From positions 37,820,001 to 37,884,000 of the forward strand of contig CM075977.1 in the NCBI GenBank assembly GCA_038087875.1: a DNA stretch of 64,000 nucleotides. The letters are read 5' to 3'. Shown piece after piece: positions 63,094-64,000 of this stretch. A program made the translations under genes and the position numbers. How positions within the stretch are numbered: the stretch's first letter is position 1; every line of letters begins with the position of its first letter. Origin of the DNA: Malacoraja senta (taxonomy: Eukaryota). The notes under the pieces were generated by a model. The model saw only the letters and a list, made by a program, of their open reading frames with translations. It did not search any database and was not told the DNA's origin.

Positions 63094-63520
63094 GAGAGAG
63101 AAGGAGGGGGGGGGGTGTAACTCTGCTACCGTAGCATCCAGCTCAGTCCCCTTGATTGGGAGCAATACTCCTCAATTCGGCCCGGGACTGATGAAAGGCG
63201 CACAGGCAGAACAGACTGCGGTGTGGAGTGGACGTAGAGTTGCTTTATCAGACTGCTGGAAATCTAACCTTGGTCACTTGCTTCTTCTTTTAATGAAAGT
63301 AACGCCGCGCTCGTTTTCCTCTATTCTATCCCATTGAATATTGGCGGAGATGGATATCGCGACCGTGCATCTTTTATTGTGTGCGCCCCGACGGAGCCAG
63401 CGAAGGGTGGGACTCCTGAATAGTTGGTGCGATTGGGGAGGGCCATTAAATGCTGGCACTGCCAGTCACATCCGTACTGGAGTCCGACAGCGGAGGTGAC
63501 TAGCGGACCTATGCAGGGTT
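62850..63520 (+). promoter_or_regulatory. Possible promoter/first-exon region
   Basis: Non-repetitive and locally CpG-enriched; ATTGG (reverse CCAAT) at ~62860 and ~63155; GC-box-like GGAGGCGGGA; ATG in strong Kozak context at 63350. Confidence 0.35.
63058..63088. repeat. (TG)n microsatellite
   Basis: ~15 GT units. Confidence 0.95.
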
Positions 63521-64000
63521 TCTATTTTGTAAAGCCAATCCATGTTGTCCTCCCCCCCCCCCACCCCCCCGTCCCCCCGTCCCCCCGTCCCCTTACCTCA
63601 CGCACATCACTACTTATCCACAGAAAGCTGGAGTAACTCAGTGGGTCAGGCAGCATCTCTGACCCGCTGAGTTGCTACAGCATGTTGTGTCGATCTTTGG
63701 TTATTATTATACATCCAGTTCCTTTTTTGAAAGTCACAGCTGAATTGGTATTCACCGTCTCTTCAAGCAGTGATCCCGGCCCTCTCCATCTGAATATGTT
63801 TTCCCTCGGAGCAACTTTTTGGCTCTTTTCCCGGTTAAATTCATGTCCTACAGTACACCGAGAAGAGGAAGAGTTTCTCTCTATTTAGTCTTACCCGATC
63901 TTGGATCAGCTTTCACCCCCCTGCACCGATGAGAACAACCTCGCGATATCCAGTAACCCATCCCCAGTGCCATTCAAGTGAACCATTCCTCCCTAACCCC

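Overview
Repeat-dominated, apparently intergenic vertebrate DNA. The mix of HE1/V-SINE-like tRNA SINEs, CR1, Rex1/Babar, L2, Deu-type SINEs and Penelope-type short repeats points to a cartilaginous fish such as a skate, ray or shark (inference). I recognise no host protein-coding exon. Every convincing ORF comes from a transposon: a decayed Gypsy/Ty3 LTR element (670-4979; ATAT TSD, tRNA-Trp PBS), two 5'-truncated CR1 LINEs, and a young L1 whose 3.8-kb ORF2 is broken only by two stop codons. The most unusual structure lies at ~22.0-34.8 kb. It is a train of five different non-autonomous Helitron-type modules, joined head-to-tail with no spacer DNA. The modules share TC(TA)TA..AAAA(C/G)T starts and hairpin+CTAG ends, and each carries its own cargo (minisatellites, CRE/NRF1 motif arrays, a hammerhead-like insert). 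The L1 sits inside this train between two ~378-bp near-identical direct repeats that look like a giant target-site duplication. A CpG-richer, CCAAT-containing stretch at ~62.8-63.5 kb may be a promoter or first exon. Assembly gaps lie at 22411-22614 and 46410-46542. Family names come from recalled motifs, not database searches, and boundaries of old repeats are approximate.
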